Assembly: GCF_020745735.1 (NCBI RefSeq)
Contig: NC_083401.1
Span: forward strand, 77,001,740-77,065,739
Direction of reading: 5' to 3'
Length of the DNA: 64,000 bases
From: Hemiscyllium ocellatum
Taxonomy: Eukaryota
Shown one piece after another: positions 1-12,100 of this stretch. The stretch's first letter is position 1. Each line of letters begins with the position of its first letter. The notes under the pieces were generated by a model. That model did not search any database. It was given only the letters and a program-made list of their open reading frames with translations, and had not been told where the DNA came from. The position numbers were made by a program, and so were the translations under genes.

Positions 1-1000
1 AGACAACAGTATGGGGATTGATCAGTCTTTTCAGGTTTGGAAGATGTAACCAATGGACAGTTACAAGGATCAGTCCTAGAACCTCAAATATCATGACCTA
101 CATTAATAGCTTGGAGGCGGCGCAGAGTGTAATGTATCCAAATTTGTAGAAGCTGCAGGATAGGTAGGAACGCATTTTGTGATAGGACAGAGGAAAATCT
201 GTAAAAGGATATAGTAAGATTAAGCAAATGGGGATACATTTTGGCGGAGATGAAGTTTGATGTATGAAGTGTAAAGTTTTGTACTTCTATATACTGGTGG
301 GAAGAATCAAAAGATAGACTGTTATTTAAATGTGCCAAGACAATTAGCATTTGAGGTAAAAAAAACTGCCAACCTACAATCTACAATTTCAGTGATCTGA
401 GATTCAGTGTGAAATTCTACAATGAGTGCAATAAAACCTAAGACAGATACAAACCAACTTCTTCAACCTAATACCTATCATGTTTTAATAGAGAGTCCCC
501 TTATTTGGTAACTATGGCACCTAGTTCGCGATTCCCCACACATCATCTCAACATCAACCCTGTTAAGTCCCTTCAGAATCTTATATGGTTCAACAAGATC
601 ACCCCTCATTCATCTCAACCCTAATGGATAAAGGGATCAAGCCATTTTGTTGATAAGTCAATCCTTTCATCCCAGGAATCAGCCTCGTGAATCACTTTTC
701 AACTGCCTTCAATGCCAGTATACCCTTTCTTAAATGCAGAGATCGAAACTTCACATTGTGCTCCAGATGTGGCCTCTCTAACACACTGCACAAGCTTTCA
801 CTATATTTAAACTCTTCCAGCAGTAAAGGGCAAAATTCCATTTGCTTTCTTAATTACTTGCTGTGTCTGCTTGCATTTTTGTGTTTCGTGCACAAGAACA
901 TCCATATCCCTCTGCGTTCCTCTTTTCTTAGTGTCTTGGCACATTTAAAAAACAGTCAATCTTTTGATTCTTCCCACCAATATATAAAAAGTACAAAACT
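1..1000. mobile_element. Decayed CR1 LINE RT fragment, internally inverted (+ at ~1-342, - at ~530-1000)
   Basis: Degenerate CR1 RT text (caaggatcagtcctag..., aagatcacccctcatt...) in two orientations. Confidence 0.7.
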
Positions 1001-1163
1001 CTGTAATGGTGCACCATCTATTAAACCATGATAGGGATTAGGTTGAAGAAGTTGGTTTGTATCTGTTTTAGGTTTTATTGCACTCATTGTAGAATTTCAC
1101 ACTGAATCTCAGATCACTGAAATTGTAGATTGGCAGTTTTTTTTAAACCTCAAACTGCTAATT
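275..1163. repeat. Two pairs of inverted duplications (A 275-342 / A' 932-1000; B 342-492 / B' 1017-1163)
   Basis: Near-identical reverse-complement matches read directly from the sequence. Confidence 0.9.
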
Positions 1164-3216
1164 GATGGGGGTTGTGTCCTACTTACCTATCTGAGTGCTG
1201 ATGCTTGCAGACCTGGGGGTTTCCAGAGTATTGATCTGCAATTGTACATTTATGTCTGAAAACATCCTGAAAAGGTTACAGAAAAAGAAACCTTTGGATG
1301 GAAGTGTGTTTTTGTTCATGTTTTTTACTGGCAAAGGATCAGGGAAACACATTCAGAACAAAGAGAGAAAAAAAATACAGTTTGTCAAATGATCTGGCAG
1401 GGCATCAAGAAGAGTAATATTCAGTCAGCTTGTGACATATTTCCTGTCTGCACATAAGAAAAACCTATTGTGGTTGTGATTTATAACAGAATTTGAACCA
1501 AGTACCCTAGGCAGCAGGAACTTCTGGACTGAATGTTTTGATAGTGTTATGCAACTTAGCAGCTGAGGTGAGAGTTCCTGCCTTTGTCTCATTTCTTCTG
1601 AAACCACATAACGTGTGCGACACTTAGCTGGAAGAAAACAAAACAGATCATATCCACACTTATACTTACAATCAACGACATTTTGGGGATAACCGACTGT
1701 TTCTTAGTGAGGCATCAGGGACAAAATGACCTTCTACAGCACCTTTTATGATTTTATTTAAAAAAAATGCTTTCTGAAAAATTATTCCTGATTCTTTTTA
1801 AGTAATTGTTATGTTATTGTTGAACAATACAAACATTCAAACATTTTTGGTTTCTTAGTTGTAATCCACAAGGGCTGAAGGAGAAAGCTGGACAGGACAA
1901 GGGGATTAAAATTAGTTACAGGTAGGGAGGAGAATGACAGAAGATTTAAAGGGAGGGAGATGGCAATGTGGAGAACGGGAGAGTGGAATATAGAAGGGAA
2001 GTACAAGTGAGGGTTTAAGTTTTACAAGTGTTAACAAGTAACAAAAAGCAGGTAGGTAGAACTGCTCCTTTGCAAAATGGATCTCGGTCAAACTCTCTCA
2101 GAATAGTTTTGTTCAAGGAACAGCAGGTCTTTAGTGTCCACACAGTCAGTCAAAAACACAAGTCTCAATGTTCTAATACTGTGGTGGGACAGGATTTTTG
2201 TCACACTTCCTTACCAGAATTCAGTCAATAGTTTGACACGACTCATTTCCTTAAGAATATCTCACAGCTCAATGGTGAAATGTCTGGTTAACATTTTAAA
2301 AAAAGTAGGGTGGAATTTTCCTCTCTCTGAAGTTGGTGAGGGAGGTGGTGAAAAGGGGGAATGATTAAATGAGTTTGGTCTGGAGCAAAACTTGCCCCTT
2401 CTTGCCACATCTGCAATGATGGGCTGGGCAACAAGGTCCAGTGGAAACTTTCTTGATTTAACCAGCAATTAAGGCCCTTATAGACAAGCAATAGTCCTTT
2501 ACTCTGAACCTCTCTTCCCACAAGCTCCACTTGATGAGCAGAAGGATATAAAAGATTCCCTTCTCAGCAGTAGATCTCCTGAGGGGTGGGCCTCATCCAG
2601 CAGCTTTTAGTAACTAGAAGCAGCTAGCCTTTACCTGGTAGCTTCTGGAGAAGATGGGATGTCACCATTAACGCCTGTGATAGGATAAAATACATAATCT
2701 ACTTGTCAATTCTTAATGAGCTAATTGGCAGACAATCCTGTGAGTCATCTCAGTGGTGAAGGTGATGAGTTAAATACTCACCACATTTAGAAGGATTCTT
2801 GAAAGAAATTATATTCAATAGGTATGAATATCAGCACAAATACCAAATTTTCTTGTAGTTTTAATTTCTTAATAGACAAAATAAACAAAGTGTACTATAT
2901 ATTACCACATAGTATTTCATTTATACTAACAATTATTGGTACTTTTTAGGCCAAGATTTGTATCCTACTGACACTTAGTGTTTACACTTTTGACTAAATT
3001 TACATAACAATTAAAATGTTAATAGTAACTTTTAAAAAAAATCTAAATATGAAACAGATTTGCCACTAACCTTTTATTTACTAATGATAATTACAATGGT
3101 CAAAAGTTCTTAGAGTTAATAATTATGGAAAGGAAAGATTAATTTTCAACAGTGTTAACATTGTGGAACTGCATGGATCAGCACCAGATCATAATGCTGA
3201 ACAATTATATTGCACA

Positions 3217-3540
3217 ATCATAGAATCCTTATGGTGCAGAAAGAGGCCATTTGGCCCATCAACCAACCATCCAAACTGCATCCAACCCAGACCCAGCTCC
3301 CTCACCCCACATTGGGTTTTTACCATAGCTAACCATGTAATATATCCCATGACACTACATAGCTATATAGCATAGCCAATCCACTTAACCGACACATCTT
3401 TGGACTATAGGAGGAAACCAGACTACCTGGAGAAAACCTATGCAGCACAGGGAGAGCACACAAACTCCACATAGACTGTTGCCCATGGCTGGAATCAAAC
3501 ACAGGTCCCGTTGCTGTGAGGCACTAAACCACTGTGCTGA
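3217..3540 (-). mobile_element. HE1/V-SINE, diverged
   Basis: Reverse complement of the HE1 core (…caaactccacatagac…cactaaaccactgtgc). Confidence 0.75.
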
Positions 3541-3661
3541 GAATGTAGAACAGAAGATGTCACAGTTTTTGCATTTAGCTAACAGTATTTGCTCAATAGG
3601 ATTCATAATGGCCATTATATGATTTTAGCTTCTTGTTGGATCCTTATCTATAGCCCAGTTA

Positions 3662-3774
3662 TAGTGATTGGGAGCAGGTTGACATTGTTAACAAAGTGGT
3701 TCTTGATTGGGGTTGTTAAACTGGGCCAATCAGGAACCCTGTAGTTAATGAGGTCAACCTCATCCCAATCACTA
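3662..3774. repeat. 113-bp element bounded by ~22-bp terminal inverted repeats
   Basis: tagtgattgggagcaggttgac ... gtcaacctcatcccaatcacta (20/22 match). Confidence 0.7.
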
Positions 3775-4605
3775 CACTCGTTCTTGGCAAAATGAGGCCC
3801 TTAAGTACACAATCAATAGCCACTTAAGAGCCTCAACTCACGGACCTCCCTGATTATCTGCCTTCCTGACGGGTGAGAATTGTGGCTAGTTTCTGAACTG
3901 GGAAACCATGGTCGCCTGCTGAGTTGGGGCCAATCTTGAAGCAATTAGAGACATGAATGGCAGGAAAGGGAGTGGTACCTGAAAATCATACCCCTGTCCT
4001 TGACTCTAACCCTTTCCTCCCGCAAGCTCCACTTGATGACAAAATCAAGGATCAGGATTAGTAACCAGAGAAAGACCCACCACTGATTAGTCATACTTAA
4101 CAAGAAGGAAGATGGTTGTGGTTGTTGGAAACCAGTCATCTCTGCTTCAATGTTGTCATAAGAGTTCCACAAAACTGTGGCTGAGATCTAAACTTCTTCA
4201 ACTACTTCAGCAGTGACTTTTCCTCCAACAGAAGGCTGGAAATATGAATATTTGATAATTGCCCAATGTTTATGTCACACTGGCATCATTTCTGAAGCAA
4301 TCCATTTCTATAAGCAGCAGCAGCTGGACAACTTGCAGGCTTGGCTGATAAGTAGCAACATGAGCTTCACAAAAATGCCAGACAATGACGACCTCCAATA
4401 AGGAAGAATGTTCCCTTTATATTCAATGGCATTGCAAACACCGAATTCTCTGCCACAATTACTTGGCTACAAGAGCATGTCGGAAACTAGGAATTCTACA
4501 GCAAATAACTCATTTTCTGGCAATCAGTATCTGATCAAAGTGTTTGCTTCTTTGCTTCAATCCCCTCTGCTCCATTCTGCAAACCATCCCCAACCTACAA
4601 AACAT

Positions 4606-4920
4606 GCGGCGGCACGGTGGCACAATGGTTAGCACTGCTGCCTCACAGTGCCTGAGACCCGGGTTCAATTCCCGACTCAGGCGACAGACTGTGTGGAGTT
4701 TGCACGTTCTTCCCGTGTCTGCGTGGGTTTCCTCCGGGTGCTCCGGTTTCCTCCCACAGTCCAAAGATGTGCGGGTCAGGTGAATTGGCCATGCTAAATT
4801 GCCCGTAGTGTTCGGTAAGGGGTAAATGTAGGGGTATGGGTGGGTTGCGCTTCGGCGGGTCGGTGTGGACTTGTTGGGCCGAAGGGCTTGTTTCCACACT
4901 GTAAGTCTAATCTAATCTAA
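4606..4920 (+). mobile_element. HE1 (V-SINE), young copy
   Basis: tRNA-like head with A box (tggcacaatgg) and B box (ggttcaattcc), V-domain tgtgtggagtttgcacgttct..., (tctaa)n tail. Confidence 0.92.
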
Positions 4921-5269
4921 AAAAAATCTAATCATGCTGTGGCCTGAGTTCTCTGTGATCCTATGATTCTGGCTGTGGAAGGGGTGGGGGCGAGAAAGGG
5001 TTGCTATCCTCCTGAAAACACTGCTGGTGTTCTTTCAACATTTCATGCCCACAGTCTGTATACATTAGAACACCAGTACCATCAATGTAACAGATCGTTG
5101 TGTGAGAGCAGAATGTTAAAAAAAATGTTTTTGGGAGGAAATGAAATAGAATAAGAAGGTAGGAATTAGGAGGAATGAATGTGTGAAAGAGTTTCTCCAG
5201 CCAGTAGGTGAGACCCACTGATGCTACAACAGATTCTATTAAATTTTTAAAAATATGTCAGTCATGGAT

Positions 5270-7505
5270 TTTGTTCATGTATCATTCATGAACATTGCTG
5301 GCTGGGCCAGCATTTATAGCCACTTTATAAATGCCCTTGAGAAAGGCATGGTAAGCTGCCTTCTTGAAGTGCTGCCATCCATGTGCTAGAGGGAGACACA
5401 CAATGCTGTTATGGAGGGAGTTCCAGGATTTTGACCCAGTGACACTGAAGGAGTGGTGATTTATTTCCAGTTCAGAATGGTGAGGGGAACCTTGGCTTTG
5501 GAAGGTACTATTAAAAGAGCCTTAATGAGCCACAGCAGTTTGTCTTGTAGATGGTTCATATTGTGTTGGAGGTGAAGCAACAGAGAGTTGAAGATGGTAG
5601 ATGTGGTCCCATATAAGTGGACTGCTTTGTCCTGGATGCTATCAAGCTTCTTGAGTGTCGTTGGAGCTGCACCGATCCAAGCAAGTGGGGAGTATTCCAT
5701 CACACTCCTGACTTGTATCTTGTAGATGGTTTTGATTGCTGTGGGGAGTTAGGACTTGTAGTCTCTAACTATCTCTTCTAACAAAGTATTTATATAGCCC
5801 ATGCAGTTCAGTAAATGGTAAATGGTAACCGCCAGACCATTGTTGATGGGAGGTTAAGTGATGGTAATGCCATTAAATATCAAGGAATGATGATCAGATT
5901 CTCTTTTGCTGGAAATGATTATTGCCTGGCACTGGTGCAGTGTAATTGTTACTTGCCACTTATCAGTCCAAGCTTGGATGTTGCTTATGTCTTGCTGCAT
6001 ATAGACATGGACAGTTTCAACAACTGAGAGTCACAGAAGGTGCTGAACATTGTGCAATCAACAGCAAACATCCCCTTTTCTGATCTTATGATGGAGGGGA
6101 AGCCATTGATAAAATAGCTGGATGGAGCAAGACCGCAGAGCTTAGCTCTGATCTAATGGTTTTAGGATCTTGTCTTGTCTATTGCATTCTATTTCTGATA
6201 TTTGGCAAGTAATCCCATGTTGCAGCTTCACCAGATCGACAGCTCATTGTTACATTTGCCTGGTGCTGCTTCTGGCATCTCCACCTGCACTGTTCATTGA
6301 ACCAGTGTTGATCTCCAGGCTTGTATTCTGTTGTAGTATGCTGGATATGCCAGGCCACAACATTATAGATTATGGTCAAATAGAGTGCTGTTGCTGCTGG
6401 TGACGCACAGCACTTCAAATTTGTGTTACGAGATCTGTACAAATCTGTCCTGTTAAGCATGGTGCTAGTATCACCCACACAATGTATCCTCAATGTGATG
6501 ATGGGACATCTTCTCCACAAGGACTTTGAGGTAGTCACTCCTATTGTCACGGTAGTCATGAGGAGACAGATCTGTGACAGGTAGATTGGTGTGACGAGGA
6601 TAAGTAGAATTTTTCCTCTCGTTGGTTCCCTCACTCCTGCTACAGACCCAGGCTGGCAGCTCTGTCATTTAGAATTTGGCTAGCTTGGTCAGTAAAGGTA
6701 CTGTCAAGTCACTCTTCATGATGGATACGGAAGTCTGCCAATCAGAGTAAATTCTGTGCCCACTCCACTCTTAGCGCTTCTTGCAAGTAATGTTCAACAA
6801 GGAGGAGTGTTATTCATCAGTTGAGGGGGGTGAAGGAGGACAGTCTGTTTCCTTGACCATGTTTGACCTGATGGCATGAGATTTTATGGGGTCCAGGAAT
6901 ACTGTTGAGAACTCGCAAAGCAACTCTTTCAAGTCTGTACACAACTGTACCATAATGTCCGGTGGGTCCATCCTACTGACAGGAGAGGACATATCCAGGG
7001 TGGTGGTGTGATATCTGGGACATTGTCTGTAAGGTGAGTGTGACTGTGCCAGGTTGGTGCTTGACTAGTGTAACAGTCCGCTCTTCCAATTTTGGTACTA
7101 ACCACCAACTTTGGTATGGAGGACTTTATAGGGTTGACTGGGCTGAGTTTATGACTGTTATTTCCAGTGCTTAGTTTGATGCCAGACAGTCAGGCCAGTG
7201 TTATTCTTTTGATTAGGGGTTGTAGCTGTTGGGTATATTGTGTGACTTGTTAGGCCAATTCAGAGGGCAGTTAATAGTCAACCACATTGCTGAGAATCTA
7301 AGGCCTCATGTAGAACAGACTAGGTAAGGATGGCAGATTTCCTTCCCTGAAAGATATTCATGAACTAGATGGATTTTTATAATAATCAACAATGATTATT
7401 ATAATCATTCGGCCAACTTTTAATTCCAGATTTTTGTTTACTCAATTCACATTTCACCATTTGACATAGTGGGATTTATATCCCTCTCCCAGAACAGTAA
7501 CCTGC
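5270..7505 (-). mobile_element. Decayed CR1/L2-group LINE with EN/RT remnants and a tRNA-like 5' head
   Basis: ORF remnants MEYSPLAWIGAAPTTLKKLDSIQ and MREPTRGK; 3' tail and 5' head shared with copies elsewhere in the window. Confidence 0.7.
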
Positions 7506-9079
7506 CATTGACAACCTTTCGTCACAGCTCACAACTATTTCAAGGGCAAGATTTTAGCTTTTGACTTAATTTCAGTTATGAGACTTTAATTCAATTACAA
7601 TTATAGACTGGGTTGAAAAGTCCAATCTAAAGGTTTATTAATCCTGATTATTTGCCAGGTCGATTCCAGGGATAAGTTTGTTTCACAAGTTTTGCAGATG
7701 TAATTAAGTTTATTAAAACAAACATAAAAGAAATGATTTTCAATAAAAACTATGATTTTTCAATTAATCCACTTCAGTTCGCCAACTCATGGTTTCTGGC
7801 TGACAAAGTACTTGTCTCTTGTTCTGTTCTCTTGTGTTTGGTTGACTGATGTTATCCTTTTGTCTTCAGATTTTTCTTCTGTGCATTGAACTACCAAGTA
7901 TTGCTGCTTATAAATTCTGTTGCCACTGTTCCCTTAGATTTTTTTTATATCTTGAAGCACTCTTACACACAACAAAACATATTTTTCTATTACCAATTAA
8001 TCTGTACCCTTTGTTTGTATCTATTAACCACCACCAGGAAATCACCACTTTTTTCCAATTGAATCATTTACTTATAAAGCTTGTTGAAGGCAATGCAGGG
8101 AGAGGGAGAGGTCAAAATGGAGCTGGAAGGGTCTCCTCATAGTAATCAGAAGTATCCTGAGCTCTAATTGCCTTACCAAGGGGTGATCAAAATCAGTTCA
8201 GCCAGGTGTGTCCAATTCCTATCTGGTTTCTCTAAAAGTGATAACCACCTTATTGATTTCACTTCCTACTATCTCGTTATTCATTCCTTAAAATGAGAAT
8301 TTAATGACATCTTGTCCCTCAGCTTCCTAACTTCATAAATCTTTACCAAGATAATGTGGCACCAGCAGAATACGTTGTGAGTTTGCTGAGAGTACGTTGT
8401 GTCACCCTTTAGTGACTAATATTATCTCAACTCCAAAGCCTATCTTCCTTTACTAAAAATAATTGTGCATTCCAAAATAACTATTGATGCATAAAGTAAA
8501 CTATAGCTTAGACAAAACTAATATAATTTACCAAACTAAAACCCATTTAGCAGTATGTTTGAATAAAAGGTTTCTTTTATCTCAAACATTTTCATAATTT
8601 TTATCCTAATGTCTATATTAGCTCAAACCATATTTTTAAAAAACCCAGGAAACCATGAACCTTGATTCTAACTTGGACCATATGACTATTCTTCCTTTCA
8701 GAAAGTGCTTTACAACTAAACACAATGTCATTTGATTCCTTACTTGTTTAATCATGTCAAAATTATTGGTTATTACTCACTCCTGCAGATGGGGAATAGC
8801 TATCAGCCTTGACGGTGCTCATATCCTAAAAATAAGAAAATCAAATTCAATCAGTCCATTTCTATTCTTATCAATTTCCAAAGGAAGATAAATTGTAAAT
8901 GAAGTCTGGAGTGAGTCAGCCAACCCTTATGGAGAGGACAGAGAGATTCATGCTTCAGTTAAACATCCATTTTTATGTGTTGATAATTCCCAATTGTTTT
9001 TTTCACTGATTTTTGCGGTTAGATTGTGTTTGTTTCAATAATTAAAATCAATTTATAAGTTATATATTTAATTTTACAG

Positions 9080-9142
9080 TTACCACACAAAATCTAATCT
9101 CTACTTGGATATGGGTGATGATAAGTACATTTATTATTGAAG
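9080..9142 (+). CDS. Probable signal-peptide exon (TTQNLISTWIWVMISTFIIE-G)
   Basis: Acceptor attttacag|, donor GAAG|gtaagc. Phase 1-1, hydrophobic, and splices in frame to GELKLLC, like gp130 TWLVQ...TG|ELLDPC. Confidence 0.7.
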
Positions 9143-12100
9143 GTAAGCAATGCATGGCATAATTATTGCAATGATCTTCTCTGACGCATGGATATGCTTT
9201 ACAGTTCAGCCTGTGATGTACTTAGAGAACAGCTCTATCTTTCTGCTTCTGTTTGATATTGCACCTTTTATGTAAGTTGTGAGTATTCCTGTCATTCCAT
9301 AACAAGGGAGTTCTGCATTGGCTATCAGCTAATATTAGGCAAAAGTGAGGACTGCAGATGCTGGAAATCAGAGTCTAGTTTTGAGTGGTGCTGGAAAAGC
9401 ACAGCAGATCAGGCAGCATCTGAGGAGCAGGAAAATCAACATTTTGGGCAAAAGCTCTTCAGCTCCACTCTAATCTATCAGCTACTATTGCAAGTGTAAA
9501 AGCAGCTTTTATTTTTCTTTCCCTGATTATCTTTATCTTTCAATCGTGACTAAATGTGTGTTAAAATTTAGGACATTCCACCCACCCAATCTCCCTGCAG
9601 TGAAAAAGCTGGACTATGGTGAAAATAAGGAACAAGCAGGAAAAATGTCTTCCAAGAGAAATCAAGAAATGATTGTCATCCCCATCATACCTGGAATATG
9701 GAGAACTTTAACAAAATGGAAAATCTGATAAATATAATAAACAGCCAGGGCAGCATTGTTGCTTAGTGGTTAGCACTGCTACTTCACAGTGACAAGGATT
9801 GAGGTTCAAATCCACTCTTAGGTGACGGTCTGTGTGGAGTTTGCATATTCTCCCCATGGCTGCTTGGATTTCTTCCGGGTGCACCGGCTTCCTCCCAGTC
9901 CAAAAATGCACAGGTTAGATGGATTAGCCACGTTAAATTGCTCATAGTGTCCAGGGATGTGTAGGCTAGGTGGATTAGCAATGGGGAATGCAGGGTGATA
10001 GGGTAGAGGATGGGTTTGGGTGAGATGCTGTTCAGAGGGTCAGTGTGGACTTAATGGGCTGAATGGCCTGCTACCACACTGTAGGGATTCTATGAATTTA
10101 TGGTTCAGATGGTATGTCTCCAGAGTGATCTCTTTCTCCTGCATTTGGCTATTTATTTTTCTGATGCTGTTAGCTAAAATTTACATTTGGGAAGATTATT
10201 ATGATAGTGGCTGCACTTCAAAATTTCTTCATTAACTCTGCAACACTTTATGGCATTGTAAGATCAAGAAAGACCCTATATAAGTTGTAAAATTGTTCTT
10301 CTTCCTTCTGATACTGCACTACAGTCTGAGTCAGCAGCAGAATAGAGTCATACAGTCATAGAGATGTACAGCATGGAAACAGACCCTTCGGTCCAACCTG
10401 TCCATGCCGACCAGATATCCCAACCCAGCCTAGTCCCACCTGCCAGCACTCGGCCCATATCCCTCCATATCCTTCCTATTCAAATACCCGTCCACATGCC
10501 TCTTAAATGTTGCAATTGTACCAGCCTCCACCACATGCTCTGGCTTCTCATTCCATACACATACCATTCTCTTCGTGAAAAAGTTGCCCCTTAGGACCCT
10601 TTTATACCTTTCCCCTCTCACCCTAAACCTATGCCCTCTAGTTCTGGACTCCCCGACCCCAGGGAAAAGACTTTGTCTATTTATCCTAACCATGCCCCTC
10701 ATAATTTTGTAAATCTCTATCAGGTCACCCCTCAGCCTCCGACGCTCCAGGGAAAACAGCCCCAGCCTGTTCAGCCTCTCCCTGTAGCTCAGATCCTCCA
10801 ACCCTGCTAACATCCTTGTAAATCTTTTCTGAACCCTTTCAAGTTTCACAACATCTTTCCGATAGGAAGGAGACCAGAATTGCACGCAATATTCCAATAG
10901 TGTCCTAACCAATGTCCTGTACAGCCGCAACATGACCTCCCAACTCCTGTACTCGATACTCTGACCAATAAAAGAAAGCATACCAAACGCCTTCTTCACT
11001 ATCCTATTTACCTGCAACTCCTTTTTCAAGGAGCTATGAACCTGCACTCCAAGGTCTCTCTGTTCAGCAACACTCCCTAGGACTTTACCATTAAGTTTCA
11101 GAATTTAAGCAGGAAAGTTAACTAAAGATTAACAAGAAGCCACTTGGTGGGTAGAAGTGGAGCCATTGTTTGCACATGTTTATAAGCACTTATTTAGTTG
11201 CACATTATAAACATGTAACTCCTAACGTAACCAACACAGATGCTGTCTGGGACAATTTATAGTGGCAGACAGAATACTCGGTTAATTGTCACTACCTGTG
11301 GCATTCAAACACAACTTACATGTATGTAACAGGTAGATGGTGTGAGAAAAGAATGTAAAATGAAAAGCTAGTGAGAAAAAATGAAAGAGATTAACAAGTT
11401 AGAAGTTAGAATTAAACAGTGTGTGAAAAAGAAACAGATTGGATCATAAGACATAACAGCAGACTATATGTATTTCAGGAATAAAAGAATGACTAGAGCA
11501 AGATTATGGCAATCAAGCCTAGTAGTGGGAAGTTGTGAATGGAGTCGGAAGAGATTGGGGAAGCGCTAAATGAATATTTTTCATTATTCACACTAGAAAA
11601 ATCGACGAGAATACTGAGATACAGGCTAATAGACTAGATGGAATTGAGGTGTATAGGGAGGAGGTGTTAGCAATTCTGGAAAGTGTGAAAATAGATGAGT
11701 CCCCTGGGCTGGTTGACATTTAACCTAGGATTCTCTTGGAAACCAGGGAGGAGATTGCAGAGCCTTTGACTTTGATCATTATGTTTCTACAGGAATAGTG
11801 CCAGAAGACTGGAGAATAGCAAATGTTCCCTTGTTCAAGAAGGGGAGTAGAGACAACCCTGGAAATAATAGACCTGAGTCTTACTTTGGTTGTGGGTAAA
11901 GTGTTGGGAAGAGTTATAAGAGGTAGGATTTATAATCACACAGAAAGGAATAAGTTGATTATAGTCAACATGGTTTTGTGAAGGGTAGATCGTGCCTCAC
12001 AAACCTTATCGAGTTTTTTGAGAAGGTGACCAAACAGGTGGATGAGGGTAAAGCAGTTAATGTGGTGTATATGGATTTCAGTAAGGCATTTGATAAGGTT

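Noticed and set aside
4606-4680. tRNA genes (also at 9748, 30774, 60005)
   Set aside because: These are tRNA-derived SINE heads continuous with the HE1 body, not complete cloverleaves.
10020-10235. Hydrophobic ORF as the signal-peptide exon
   Set aside because: It starts inside a SINE and has no suitable in-phase donor.
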